Of a DNA stretch of 64,000 bases, positions 9,180 through 18,356 are shown piece by piece; positions within the stretch are counted from its first letter, which is position 1, and the number at the start of each line of letters is the position of its first letter. The position numbers and the translations under genes were made by a program. The notes below the pieces were generated by a model. It saw only the letters and a list, made by a program, of their open reading frames with translations. It had not been told where the DNA came from and made no database searches. Location of the stretch: NCBI GenBank assembly GCA_964344935.1, contig CAYFPL010000001.1, forward strand, positions 1,276,303-1,340,302, in the 5' to 3' direction. This DNA is from an uncultured Rhodospirillaceae bacterium. Its GTDB lineage: Bacteria > Pseudomonadota > Alphaproteobacteria > GCA-2731375.

Positions 9180-10472
9180 TCAATCAGTAGCAAGCGGCAA
9201 GGGCACGGGCCCGTCGGATTTTGATGGCAGAGCAGTTACAGCCGTGCCGCGCGCCGACAACATATTCACTTGGTTGCGCGCCTCCACCTCCAGATCGACG
9301 AATTTCACGGCACCTTCGTCCCGTTTGCCCGTTACCTTGCCCCGCCACCACAGGGTATCGCCAACCATATTCGGTTTCAGTACGTCGACGGCCAATTTAT
9401 GCAGGAAACCGTGATCGCCGATCCAGTTGGTCAGCATGTGCTGCGCCCAGGCGATACGCTGGGGGCCTACATCGTAGGCTCCCCCCATGCCCACGTCCCG
9501 CCCGGTAGAGGCTTCCAGATGCCCGCGGCCAGCGGAATCCTTGGCCCCGGTTTCCTTGTTGATGTGATAATCCGCATGGCGGCGCCGATAACGGACCACG
9601 TCACCGTGCACGCCGCCGTAATGCAGCGCCCCCTGGGCGGCGGCATACCAGCCGATGATATCCATGATGGTCAGTGGACCCTTGATCACCGGCGGCACGT
9701 CATCGCCGATCTGCACATCCTCCCAGTAGAGCGGATCCGTGCCCCGCCGGGGCTCCGCCAGGATTTGTTCCTCGATATCCGCGAGTTCCGCCGGCTCGTA
9801 ACGATGGGGGACATGTCCCTTGGGTTCCTTGCCATCCTTGCGCTGACTGCCATCGCCCCGCGGCGTGCGGGCGCATTTGCCTACCGCGAAGGCGATCAAG
9901 GCGCCTTGTTGGTTATGGTATTTCAATTCGCCGGTCTGCAGAGCCCATTTGCCGAAACGGCGGCCGGATTTCACTTCCTGCTTGGTCAGCATTACATCCA
10001 CCTTGAAACTGTCGTCCAGGCGGATGTGGTCATACCAAGTCCATTCCGTGCCGGCATAGATCCATTGCACGCCGGCCAACTTGGGCGCGACGATGGTGGA
10101 ATCCACCGCATAAAGAATGCAGGGTGGCGCTACGATGCCCCCTGTAGGTCCGGCGGCAGCGTAATCCGCATCGAACCACAACGGGTTGTTGTCGCCGACG
10201 CCCCAGGCAAAATGCCGGATCGCATCCTTCGTCGCGGCTTCGATCCATTGCATGCGGTCGCGCCGCAGGGGTACGCCGATCAGTTCGGCGGCGGCGGCTA
10301 GGGTTTCTTCGTTGATCTTTCCCCAGGTCAAGTCAATCAGATCTCGTCCCGTACGTGCGACATGATTTAAGTGGCGGAATGCGCCCGCCCTCTTTGGGGC
10401 GGTGCGCAATAACGTCGATGGCGTAATAACCCTCAAAGTCTCCCGAATGGGAGCGCCGTTGTCAATCCACAA
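9180..10472 (-). CDS. MaoC-like (R)-specific enoyl-CoA hydratase/dehydratase, double hotdog fold
   Basis: Two hotdog-like halves (FAS1-like dehydratase N-domain plus MaoC C-domain). Stop TGA abuts the start of the CoA-transferase. The 5' end is uncertain: the ORF track starts at a TTG, with internal TTG/ATG candidates. Confidence 0.65.
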   Translation of the reverse strand: MWIDNGAPIRETLRVITPSTLLRTAPKRAGAFRHLNHVARTGRDLIDLTWGKINEETLAAAAELIGVPLRRDRMQWIEAATKDAIRHFAWGVGDNNPLWFDADYAAAGPTGGIVAPPCILYAVDSTIVAPKLAGVQWIYAGTEWTWYDHIRLDDSFKVDVMLTKQEVKSGRRFGKWALQTGELKYHNQQGALIAFAVGKCARTPRGDGSQRKDGKEPKGHVPHRYEPAELADIEEQILAEPRRGTDPLYWEDVQIGDDVPPVIKGPLTIMDIIGWYAAAQGALHYGGVHGDVVRYRRRHADYHINKETGAKDSAGRGHLEASTGRDVGMGGAYDVGPQRIAWAQHMLTNWIGDHGFLHKLAVDVLKPNMVGDTLWWRGKVTGKRDEGAVKFVDLEVEARNQVNMLSARGTAVTALPSKSDGPVPLPLATD

Positions 10473-10475
10473 TAA

Positions 10476-10510
10476 TATTGTCTATAGACAATAATTGTCG
10501 TCGCAATTAT
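10476..10510. promoter_or_regulatory. Putative operator: 18-bp perfect palindrome TATTGTCTATAGACAATA (10476-10493) overlapping a second inverted repeat ATAATTG-N6-CAATTAT (10491-10510)
   Basis: Read directly in the 43-bp AT-rich gap between the dehydrogenase gene end (10516) and the start of the long minus-strand operon (10472). Core TTGT-N6-ACAA resembles GntR/FadR-type boxes. Confidence 0.45.
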
Positions 10511-10515
10511 CTCAC

Positions 10516-11448
10516 TTACTCGCTCTCCAAAACCGCCCGAATATCGGCGGGATCCACTTCGATTTCCACCCCGGCACGCTCTTGTTGCAGGATCATGGCG
10601 GAGCGGGAATCCCTATCCCCCCAGCCCCGCCCCAGGGCCTCGGTCATATCGGCCACGGTGGCATTGATCAGACGCATGGGCACACCGAATTCACGCCCCA
10701 GCTCCGCCGCCAGGCTGACGTCTTTATGAGCCAGTTTCAGAGCAAAGTCGGCCGGGTCGTAGTTGTTAATCAGGTAATGCTCACCCAAGCTATCGAAAGT
10801 ACGCTGACGGCCCCGCGCCCCCTGGCGCACGGCCTCCCATAGGGCCAGGGGTTCCACGCCCGCTTTGACACCAACGGAGAAAACTTCCGCCAGGGCGGTC
10901 TGAATAGCATAGCCGGCGGCATTATGAACCAGCTTGGCAATGGAGCCGGCGCCGATGGGCCCGATATAGCGCACCTGATCGCCCAAGGCGTCCAAGGCTG
11001 CCCGGTGGGCGTTGAAGATTGCTTCATCACCTCCCACCCAGATTGCCAACTTACCCGAGGCCGCCCCCTTGGGCCCGCCGCTGACCGGTGCGTCGAGGCA
11101 GTGCAAACCCTTTTCGGCCATGACGCTGTGGACTTGACGGATCGCGGTCGGGGAATTGGTCGACAGATCGAACAGCACCGTGCCGGGCGCCATGCCCGCG
11201 ATCAGTCCGTTCTCGGCATCCAGGGCGACGGCTTCCACCTCTGGTGGGCCAGGCAGAGAGGTCAGGATGACATCCGAGGCCGCCGCCAATTCCCGCGGGC
11301 TGTCAGCCCATGCCGCACCCGCGGCCAAGTGGGGTTCGGCGACTTGGCGGTGAATATCGTGCACGGTTGTTTCGAAGCCGGCCTTGATGATGTTCCTGGC
11401 AAAGGATGCCCCCATAGTGCCCAGGCCGATAAATCCGATCTTTGCCAT
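10516..11448 (-). CDS. NAD(P)-dependent 3-hydroxyisobutyrate dehydrogenase family oxidoreductase (MmsB/GarR-like)
   Basis: N-terminal Rossmann motif MAKIGFIGLGTMG. 310 aa, typical beta-hydroxyacid dehydrogenase length. Confidence 0.85.
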   Translation of the reverse strand: MAKIGFIGLGTMGASFARNIIKAGFETTVHDIHRQVAEPHLAAGAAWADSPRELAAASDVILTSLPGPPEVEAVALDAENGLIAGMAPGTVLFDLSTNSPTAIRQVHSVMAEKGLHCLDAPVSGGPKGAASGKLAIWVGGDEAIFNAHRAALDALGDQVRYIGPIGAGSIAKLVHNAAGYAIQTALAEVFSVGVKAGVEPLALWEAVRQGARGRQRTFDSLGEHYLINNYDPADFALKLAHKDVSLAAELGREFGVPMRLINATVADMTEALGRGWGDRDSRSAMILQQERAGVEIEVDPADIRAVLESE

Positions 11449-11451
11449 GGC

Positions 11452-11760
11452 TTAGTCCTGCCCTTCCAGGACTTCCAAGGCCACACGGCCCGCATTCACT
11501 GCCGTGGGCCAGCCGGAATAAAACGCCAGATGGGTTATCAAGCCGAACAGTTCTTCCTTTGTGACGCCGTTGTCGATGGCGCGGGCCATATGCCCTTTCA
11601 GTTCCTCCGTTCGGTAAAGGGCGATGAGCACCGCCACGGTGGCCAGGCTGCGGTCCCGTTTTGAAAGTTCGGGCTGCTCCCAGACATCGCCGAACAGCAC
11701 CTCGTCACGCAAATTCCCCAATTGCGGGATGAGATCGTAGGGTGTTTTCTTCTCTGCCAT
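11452..11760 (-). CDS. Carboxymuconolactone decarboxylase (CMD/AhpD-like) family protein
   Basis: 102-aa protein with a CMD-family core. RBS AAGGA upstream. 3-nt gap to the downstream dehydrogenase gene. Confidence 0.75.
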   Translation of the reverse strand: MAEKKTPYDLIPQLGNLRDEVLFGDVWEQPELSKRDRSLATVAVLIALYRTEELKGHMARAIDNGVTKEELFGLITHLAFYSGWPTAVNAGRVALEVLEGQD

Positions 11761-11782
11761 AGTTCCGATCCTTTTTCGTTGT

Positions 11783-12589
11783 CTAGCTCGTGGCGTCCTT
11801 GGGCGGGACGTCCAATCGCACCACCGCGCCTTCCAAATCCGGGCGGGGTGCGGGATAGCGCTGCATCACGAGGGGGTCGTGCCCCGGCACGATATGGGCA
11901 TTGTCCTTGGCCAAACTGCGCAGATTGCGGTGGCTTTCCAGCATCTGGAAAAGATCTTCGTGAGTCAGGAACGGTGTCTCCTGTTCGAAGCTCTCGTAAT
12001 AGTGGGCCACGTCGGAAGCCAGGACGACCGGTCCACGCGGACTGCCGGCGCGGACCGCCTGCATGCCGCGGGTGTGGCCCGGCAAATGATGCACGCTTAC
12101 ACCCGGGGCGATCTCGTCTTCGCCGTCGTGGAACACCACCCGATCCCCGTAGATTAGGCGGACCATGTCGATGACATCGTCCAGGCGGAAGGAATGGCGC
12201 AGGGCCGGGTGGGTCATGGCCCGGCCGGTCACAAGCGACATTTCCGCATCCTGGATGTGAAACCGCGCCTTGGGAAACTGCTCCAAATTGCCGGCATGGT
12301 CGTAATGCATATGGGTGATGATCACATCCTCGATTTCGGCGGCGTCGATATCCAGCATGGCCAAGCCTTCCGTTGGCGAACGCAAATATGTCCGACCCCG
12401 GCGCTCGCCTTCCTCGCGGCCGTAGCCTACGTCGACCACGATCGTGCGCTGCTCGTTGCGAAGGACCCAGATGAAGTAGTCCATGGCCATCGGCGCATCA
12501 TGGGGATCGCCATGCACGAACATGGTGCCGCGCTCCCCCATACGCTCGCCATACTTGATGGCAAATATTTCATAGCGGTCGTCCGCCAT
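11783..12589 (-). CDS. MBL-fold metallo-hydrolase (N-acyl-homoserine-lactonase-like)
   Basis: HxHxDH motif (ITHMHYDHAGN). Start at ATG 12589 (MADDRYEIF), preceded by GGGAGG. The 573-aa ORF in the track is an unsupported N-terminal extension. Confidence 0.75.
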   Translation of the reverse strand: MADDRYEIFAIKYGERMGERGTMFVHGDPHDAPMAMDYFIWVLRNEQRTIVVDVGYGREEGERRGRTYLRSPTEGLAMLDIDAAEIEDVIITHMHYDHAGNLEQFPKARFHIQDAEMSLVTGRAMTHPALRHSFRLDDVIDMVRLIYGDRVVFHDGEDEIAPGVSVHHLPGHTRGMQAVRAGSPRGPVVLASDVAHYYESFEQETPFLTHEDLFQMLESHRNLRSLAKDNAHIVPGHDPLVMQRYPAPRPDLEGAVVRLDVPPKDATS

Positions 12590-12652
12590 GCGCTTTCCTC
12601 CCTTGTCGGCTTGGCATTTAGTGTAACATCCTTCGCGAGCAGGGGGTCGAAT

Positions 12653-13624
12653 ATGCGGATCATCATCTATGGTGCCGGCGGCATCGGCGGCGTTATCGGC
12701 GCGCAATTGTTCCAGGGCGGCATCGATACGCTGTTGATTGCCAGGGGCGACCACCTCAAGGCTATTCAGGACAAAGGACTGCACTACCGCACGCCACATC
12801 AAGACGTGACGCTGCCTATTGACGCCGTGGGCCATCCCAGAGAGATCGACTTCCGCGAAGATGACGTGGTCATCCTGACCATGAAGACCCAGCACACCCG
12901 GGATGCCCTGGACGATCTGCGCGCCGCTGCAGGCGACGGCATTCCCCTGTTCTGCTGCCAGAACGGGGTGGCGAACGAGCGTATGGCGGCCCGCCGTTTT
13001 CGAAACGTGCATGCCCAAATGGTCTATTTGCCTGCCACGCAACTGGAACCGGGCACAGTGGTGACACACGCCGCCGCCACAATCGGGGTGCTGGACGCGA
13101 GCGTTTATCCCACGGGCAGTTCCAATCTGGTGGAGGAGGTGACGGCCGCCCTGGACAGCAACGGCTTCTCCGCCCGGCCCAACGCAACGGTGATGCGTTT
13201 CAAATACGGCAAGCTGATCATGAACCTTGGCAACGCCCTTTCTGCCGTCGCCCCGCCGGGAGAAGAGACAAAGGCAATCCGGGCCCAGTTGCGGGCGGAA
13301 GCCGAGGCGGTGTTCGAAGCCGCGGGCATCGACTGCGCCAGCCAGGAGGAAGAGCGGGCCCGTCGCGGTGATCTGATGAAATCGGCGGCCGTCGCTGGGC
13401 AGGAACGGGTCGCCGGCTCGTCGTGGCAGAGCCTGGCCCGGGGCACCGGCAATATCGAGGCGGACTTCCTGAATGGCGAAATTGTTCTTCTGGGCCGACT
13501 GCACGGCATCCCCACCCCCGCCAACCTAATCCTGCAGCACCTGGCCAACGACCTGGCGGCCAGGGGTGGTGAACCACAGAGCATTCCTTTGGCGGAAGTA
13601 AAGCGGCAGATCGACGGCGCCTAA
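12653..13624 (+). CDS. panE: 2-dehydropantoate 2-reductase (ketopantoate reductase family)
   Basis: MRIIIYGAGGIGGVIG Rossmann N-terminus of the ApbA/PanE family. Start ATG 12653 after AGGGGG. Divergent from the MBL-hydrolase gene across a 63-bp intergenic region. Confidence 0.8.
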   Translation: MRIIIYGAGGIGGVIGAQLFQGGIDTLLIARGDHLKAIQDKGLHYRTPHQDVTLPIDAVGHPREIDFREDDVVILTMKTQHTRDALDDLRAAAGDGIPLFCCQNGVANERMAARRFRNVHAQMVYLPATQLEPGTVVTHAAATIGVLDASVYPTGSSNLVEEVTAALDSNGFSARPNATVMRFKYGKLIMNLGNALSAVAPPGEETKAIRAQLRAEAEAVFEAAGIDCASQEEERARRGDLMKSAAVAGQERVAGSSWQSLARGTGNIEADFLNGEIVLLGRLHGIPTPANLILQHLANDLAARGGEPQSIPLAEVKRQIDGA

Positions 13625-14826
13625 GGCGGCTCCGCGCCCATTTCCAAATGCAGCTTCTCGCCATCGTAGGGGTGGGCGAGGGCCACCACTTCATCCAATT
13701 CGACGCCCAAGCCTGGAGCAGTCGGCGGGATGACATAGCCGTCTTGCCACTGGATCGGTGTCTTCAGGATCTCAGCGTGAAAGCCATCCCAGCGTTCGAT
13801 GCCTTCCAGGATCAGGAAATTTGGCGAGCAGGCCGCGATCTGGATATTGGCCGCCCCCACCACCGGACCGCAGTAGAGGTGTGGCGCGATCTGGGCCTGA
13901 TGAGTTTCCGCCATCCCTGCGATCTTTTTCGCTTCGAGCAGGCCGCCGACCCGGCCCAGGTTCATTTGTAGGATGGATGCCGCTTCCGCCTGCAGCACTT
14001 GGGCGAATTCGTACTTGGTGGTCAGGCGCTCTCCAGTGGCGATGGGGATGGAAGTAGCCTGGGCCACCTGTGCCATGGCCTGGGGATTGTCGGGCGGCAC
14101 CGGCTCCTCGAACCACAACGGCTCATAGTCCGCCAGGCGGCGGGCCATGCGTTTCGCGCCAGACACGGTGAACTGGCCGTGGGTGCCGAACAGTAGATCC
14201 GCCCGATCGCCCACGGCCTCTCGCAGGCGGCGGCAAAAGAGCTCCGATCGCTCCAAGTCGGGCAAACTTGGCTGATGTCCGTCATAGACCGTATAAGGCC
14301 CAGCGGGATCGAACTTCAGGGCCGTGAAGCCCATAGCCAGATATTCGGCCGCCCGCGCCGCCGCCAGGTCCGGGTCGTCATAGACATTCGCGCCGTCGGC
14401 TGGGTCGGGATACACGGGACCGTCGGCGGGATAGATATAGGTATAGCTGCGCAAACGTTCATGCACCTTGCCGCCCAGCAGGTTATAGACCGGCTGTTCA
14501 ACCGCCTTGCCAACGATGTCCCAGCAGGCCATCTCCAGACCGCTCAGAACACCCATGAGCGAGACATCCGGCCGCAATGTATAACCCGCGCCATAGACGC
14601 GCCGCCACAAGGCCTCGATCCCAAAGGGGTCGTGTCCTTCCACATGGCGGGCAAAGACGTCATCGATCATGGCGACCATGGCCGCCGGCCCAAAGGTGGC
14701 GCCATAGACCTCGCCGAGCCCGCTGATACCGTTGTCAGTCTCCAACTTCAGGAAGATGAAATAGCGCCCGCCGAAGCCAGGCGGCGGATTGCCGACGACG
14801 AAGGTCTGCAGGGATTGGATTTTCAT
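13621..14826 (-). CDS. Mandelate racemase / muconate lactonizing enzyme family protein (enolase superfamily)
   Basis: MR_MLE family similarity (e.g. LKFDPAGPY, EEPVPPDN). Start ATG 14826 (MKIQSLQTFVV). Convergent with panE, overlapping by 4 bp. Confidence 0.8.
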   Translation of the reverse strand: MKIQSLQTFVVGNPPPGFGGRYFIFLKLETDNGISGLGEVYGATFGPAAMVAMIDDVFARHVEGHDPFGIEALWRRVYGAGYTLRPDVSLMGVLSGLEMACWDIVGKAVEQPVYNLLGGKVHERLRSYTYIYPADGPVYPDPADGANVYDDPDLAAARAAEYLAMGFTALKFDPAGPYTVYDGHQPSLPDLERSELFCRRLREAVGDRADLLFGTHGQFTVSGAKRMARRLADYEPLWFEEPVPPDNPQAMAQVAQATSIPIATGERLTTKYEFAQVLQAEAASILQMNLGRVGGLLEAKKIAGMAETHQAQIAPHLYCGPVVGAANIQIAACSPNFLILEGIERWDGFHAEILKTPIQWQDGYVIPPTAPGLGVELDEVVALAHPYDGEKLHLEMGAEPP

Positions 14827-14897
14827 GACGGCATCACTTGTTCTATCAGCAAAATTAAGGGGACAATGTTCTCTTAGCAGCACCTAGGAGCCCGGTC

Positions 14898-17800
14898 ATG
14901 ATCCAGAAGCGCAAAATCTCCAAAATCATGGTGGCGAACCGGGGCGAGATCGCCATCCGCGTGCTGCGCGCCGCCAACGAACTGGGACTAGGGACAGTGG
15001 CCGTCTTTGCCGAAGAAGACAAGCTGGCCCTGCACCGTTTTAAGGCGGACGAGGCCTATTTGATCGGCCAAGGCCTTGGCGCCATCAGGGCCTATCTTTC
15101 GATCGAGGAAATGATCCGCGTCGCCAAACAAGCCCGCGCGGATGCCATTCATCCCGGTTACGGCTTCCTATCAGAGAACCCTGATTTCGCCGAAGCCTGT
15201 GCGGAGGCGGGGATCGTTTTCGTCGGCCCGACGCCGGAGATCATGCGTCGTCTGGGAAACAAGGTTTCAGCCCGCCGGGTTGCCGTTGCAGCCGGTACGC
15301 CGGTCATGCCGGCAACCGGCCCCCTTCCCGACGATATGGATGAGGTTCGCAGCCTTGCCACTGAAGTCGGCTACCCCGTCATGTTGAAGGCGTCCTGGGG
15401 CGGGGGCGGGCGCGGTATGCGGGTGATCGAAAGCGAAAGCGAGCTTGAAGCGGAAGTGGAATCCGGACGGCGGGAGGCGCAGGCGGCCTTTGGCAACGGC
15501 GAGGTCTACCTTGAGAAACTGGTGCGCCGGGCCCGTCACGTCGAAGTGCAGTTGTTGGGCGATCACCACGGCAATGTGGTGCATTTGTTCGAGCGGGATT
15601 GCTCCGTCCAACGGCGCAATCAGAAAGTGGTGGAACGCGCGCCCGCCCCATTCCTGGATGACCAGCGTCGGGAAGAGTTGTGCCAGGCTGCCCTGCGTCT
15701 GGCCCGGGAGTCAGGCTATGTCAATGCGGGTACAGCCGAGTTCCTGATGGATGCGGACAGCGGTGAATTCTATTTCATAGAAGTCAATCCGCGCATCCAG
15801 GTGGAACATACGGTGACGGAGGAGGTCACCGGCATCGACATCGTCAAGGCACAAATCCGCATTGCGGGCGGCGCCAAGATCGGCGACGTCGCCGCCTCCG
15901 GCGTGCCGGCCCAGGACGATATCCGATTGCGCGGCCACGCCCTGCAGTGCCGCGTCACGACCGAAGACCCGGAAGAGAATTTCGTCCCCGACTATGGCCG
16001 AATTACCGCCTATCGCGGCGCCAATGGCTTCGGCATCCGCCTAGATGGCGGCACCGCCTATTCCGGCGCCGTCATCACCCGCCACTATGACAGCCTGCTG
16101 GAGAAGGTGACCGCCTGGGCGCCCACGCCGGAAGAGGCCATTGCCCGCATGGACCGAGCCCTGCGAGAGTTCCGCATTCGCGGCGTCACCACCAATCTGA
16201 CCTTCGTCGAAGGGCTGATCAACCATCCGAAGTTCAGGGCCGCTGAGTACACAACCCGTTTCATTGACGAGACACCGGAGCTGTTCAAACTCAGCCATCG
16301 CCGGGACCGGGCGACGCGTCTGTTGCGCTTCATCGCCAACGTCACCGTCAACGGCAATGACGAGGTCGCCGGGCGGCCCGAACCCAATACCGATCGGACA
16401 CCGCTGCTGCCCGAACATCTGACGGAGACACCGCCAGAGGGGACAAAGCAACTTTTGGATCGGATGGGCGCGGAGAAATTCGCCGCCTGGATGCTGGCCC
16501 AGGACCGCTTGCTGTTGACCGACACCACCATGCGCGATGCCCATCAATCGCTGCTGGCGACCCGCATGCGCAGTTACGACATCGTTCGGGCTGCCGACGC
16601 TTATGCCCACAATCTGCCGGAACTATTCTCTCTCGAATGCTGGGGTGGGGCCACGTTCGATGTTGCCATGCGGTTCCTGAACGAATGCCCCTGGGAGCGC
16701 CTGCGCCGGATCCGCGCACGGGTGCCGAACATCCTGCTGCAAATGCTTCTGCGTGGGGCCAACGGTGTCGGCTACACCACCTATCCCGACAACGTGGTAC
16801 GAACCTTCGTCCAACAAGCCGCCGACAGCGGCATGGATCTGTTTCGGGTGTTCGACAGCCTGAACTGGGTGGAAAATATGCGCGTGGCCATGGATGCGGT
16901 GCTGGAGTCCGGCAAGCTGCTGGAAGGCGCCATCTGCTACACCGGCGATATGCTGGATCCGGACCGCGACAAATACGATTTGAACTACTACACCACAATG
17001 GCGCGGGAACTGGCAGCGGCGGGCAGCCACATCATCGGCATCAAGGACATGGCGGGGCTGGCCAGGCCGGACGCCATCGCCAAGTTGGTCAAGGTGCTGA
17101 AGGAGGAGACCGGCCTGCCGGTGCACTTCCATACCCATGATACGTCCGGTATCGCGGCGGCCAGCGTGCTGGCGGCGGCGGAGGCGGGCGTGGATGCCGC
17201 CGACCTGTCGATGGATTCCCTTTCCGGCCTCACGTCCCAACCTAACCTGGGTTCCGTTGCCGGCGCCCTGCGCGGCGGCGGGCGCGATCCAGGCCTGGAT
17301 GCCGGTCAGATCCGTGCTTTCTCGGATTATTGGGAAGGCGTGCGGGCACAGTACGCCGCCTTCGAAAGCGACCTGCGGTTCGGCGCCTCGGAAGTTTATC
17401 TCCACGAAATGCCCGGGGGGCAGTTCACTAACCTGAAGGAACAGGCCCGTGCCCTGGGCCTGGAGGAACGCTGGCATGAAGTGGCGCGGGCCTATGCCGA
17501 GGTCAATGACATGCTGGGCGACATCGTCAAGGTGACGCCGTCGTCCAAGATGGTGGGCGATATGGCCCTGTCGATGGTCAGCGCTGATCTAAGCCGGGCG
17601 GACGTGGAAAACCCGGATAAGGAGATTGCCTTTCCCGAATCCGTGCGTTCCTATTTCCGCGGCGAATTGGGCCAACCGCCTGGCGGCTTCCCGGAGACGT
17701 TACAGGCCAAGGTCCTGGCTGGCGAGACTGCCCTGACAGAGCGGCCCGGCGCCAACCTGCCGCCGGCAGACCTCGTTGCCTTGCGCCGCGAGGCGGAGAA

Positions 17801-18356
17801 AAAGGTGGCGCGGCACATATCGGAGGAGGAGTTCAATTCCTACCTTATGTATCCGGATGTCTTCACTGCCTATGCCGCGCACCGACGCGAGTACGGGCCC
17901 GTTGACGTGTTGCCGACCCCCACCTTCTTTTATGGCATGCAACCGGACGAAGAAGTCACCGTGGATCTGGAAGCCGGCAAGAGCCTGGTGATCCGTCTGC
18001 AGGCCATGGGCGAGGTCGATGAAGATGGCTATGTGCGTGTCTTCTTTGAACTAAACGGACAGCCCCGCACAATTCGCATCGTCAACCGGCAGGTCGCCGC
18101 CAATGTGGAACGACATCCCCAGGCAGATGACAACAACCCCAACCACGTCCCCGCACCGATGCCGGGCGTCGTCGGCACAATCGCCGTTAATACCGGTCAG
18201 GCCGTGGAGGTGGGAGATCTGTTGCTGAACATCGAAGCCATGAAAATGGAGACCGCGATCCGCGCCGCTCGGTCCGGGACCATCGCCGCCATCTCGGTGA
18301 AATCCGGCATGTCTGTGGACGCCAAGGACCTGCTGCTTGAGTACGCCGCCGACTAG
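14898..18356 (+). CDS. pyc: Pyruvate carboxylase
   Basis: 1152 aa. N-terminal biotin carboxylase domain (KIMVANRGEIAIRVLRA), a central carboxyltransferase domain, and a C-terminal biotinyl domain with the EAMKMET biotin-attachment motif. RBS AGGAGC. Confidence 0.95.
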   Translation: MIQKRKISKIMVANRGEIAIRVLRAANELGLGTVAVFAEEDKLALHRFKADEAYLIGQGLGAIRAYLSIEEMIRVAKQARADAIHPGYGFLSENPDFAEACAEAGIVFVGPTPEIMRRLGNKVSARRVAVAAGTPVMPATGPLPDDMDEVRSLATEVGYPVMLKASWGGGGRGMRVIESESELEAEVESGRREAQAAFGNGEVYLEKLVRRARHVEVQLLGDHHGNVVHLFERDCSVQRRNQKVVERAPAPFLDDQRREELCQAALRLARESGYVNAGTAEFLMDADSGEFYFIEVNPRIQVEHTVTEEVTGIDIVKAQIRIAGGAKIGDVAASGVPAQDDIRLRGHALQCRVTTEDPEENFVPDYGRITAYRGANGFGIRLDGGTAYSGAVITRHYDSLLEKVTAWAPTPEEAIARMDRALREFRIRGVTTNLTFVEGLINHPKFRAAEYTTRFIDETPELFKLSHRRDRATRLLRFIANVTVNGNDEVAGRPEPNTDRTPLLPEHLTETPPEGTKQLLDRMGAEKFAAWMLAQDRLLLTDTTMRDAHQSLLATRMRSYDIVRAADAYAHNLPELFSLECWGGATFDVAMRFLNECPWERLRRIRARVPNILLQMLLRGANGVGYTTYPDNVVRTFVQQAADSGMDLFRVFDSLNWVENMRVAMDAVLESGKLLEGAICYTGDMLDPDRDKYDLNYYTTMARELAAAGSHIIGIKDMAGLARPDAIAKLVKVLKEETGLPVHFHTHDTSGIAAASVLAAAEAGVDAADLSMDSLSGLTSQPNLGSVAGALRGGGRDPGLDAGQIRAFSDYWEGVRAQYAAFESDLRFGASEVYLHEMPGGQFTNLKEQARALGLEERWHEVARAYAEVNDMLGDIVKVTPSSKMVGDMALSMVSADLSRADVENPDKEIAFPESVRSYFRGELGQPPGGFPETLQAKVLAGETALTERPGANLPPADLVALRREAEKKVARHISEEEFNSYLMYPDVFTAYAAHRREYGPVDVLPTPTFFYGMQPDEEVTVDLEAGKSLVIRLQAMGEVDEDGYVRVFFELNGQPRTIRIVNRQVAANVERHPQADDNNPNHVPAPMPGVVGTIAVNTGQAVEVGDLLLNIEAMKMETAIRAARSGTIAAISVKSGMSVDAKDLLLEYAAD

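Noticed and set aside
12194-12652. N-terminal extension of the panE ORF (476 aa)
   Set aside because: The recognisable Rossmann N-terminus MRIIIYGAGGIGG with RBS begins at 12653. The upstream part is antisense to the MBL gene.
11783-13504. 573-aa extended ORF containing the MBL hydrolase
   Set aside because: Only the C-terminal 268 aa resemble an MBL-fold protein and have an RBS (GGGAGG before ATG 12589). The N-terminal 305 aa run antisense through the panE gene and are low-complexity.
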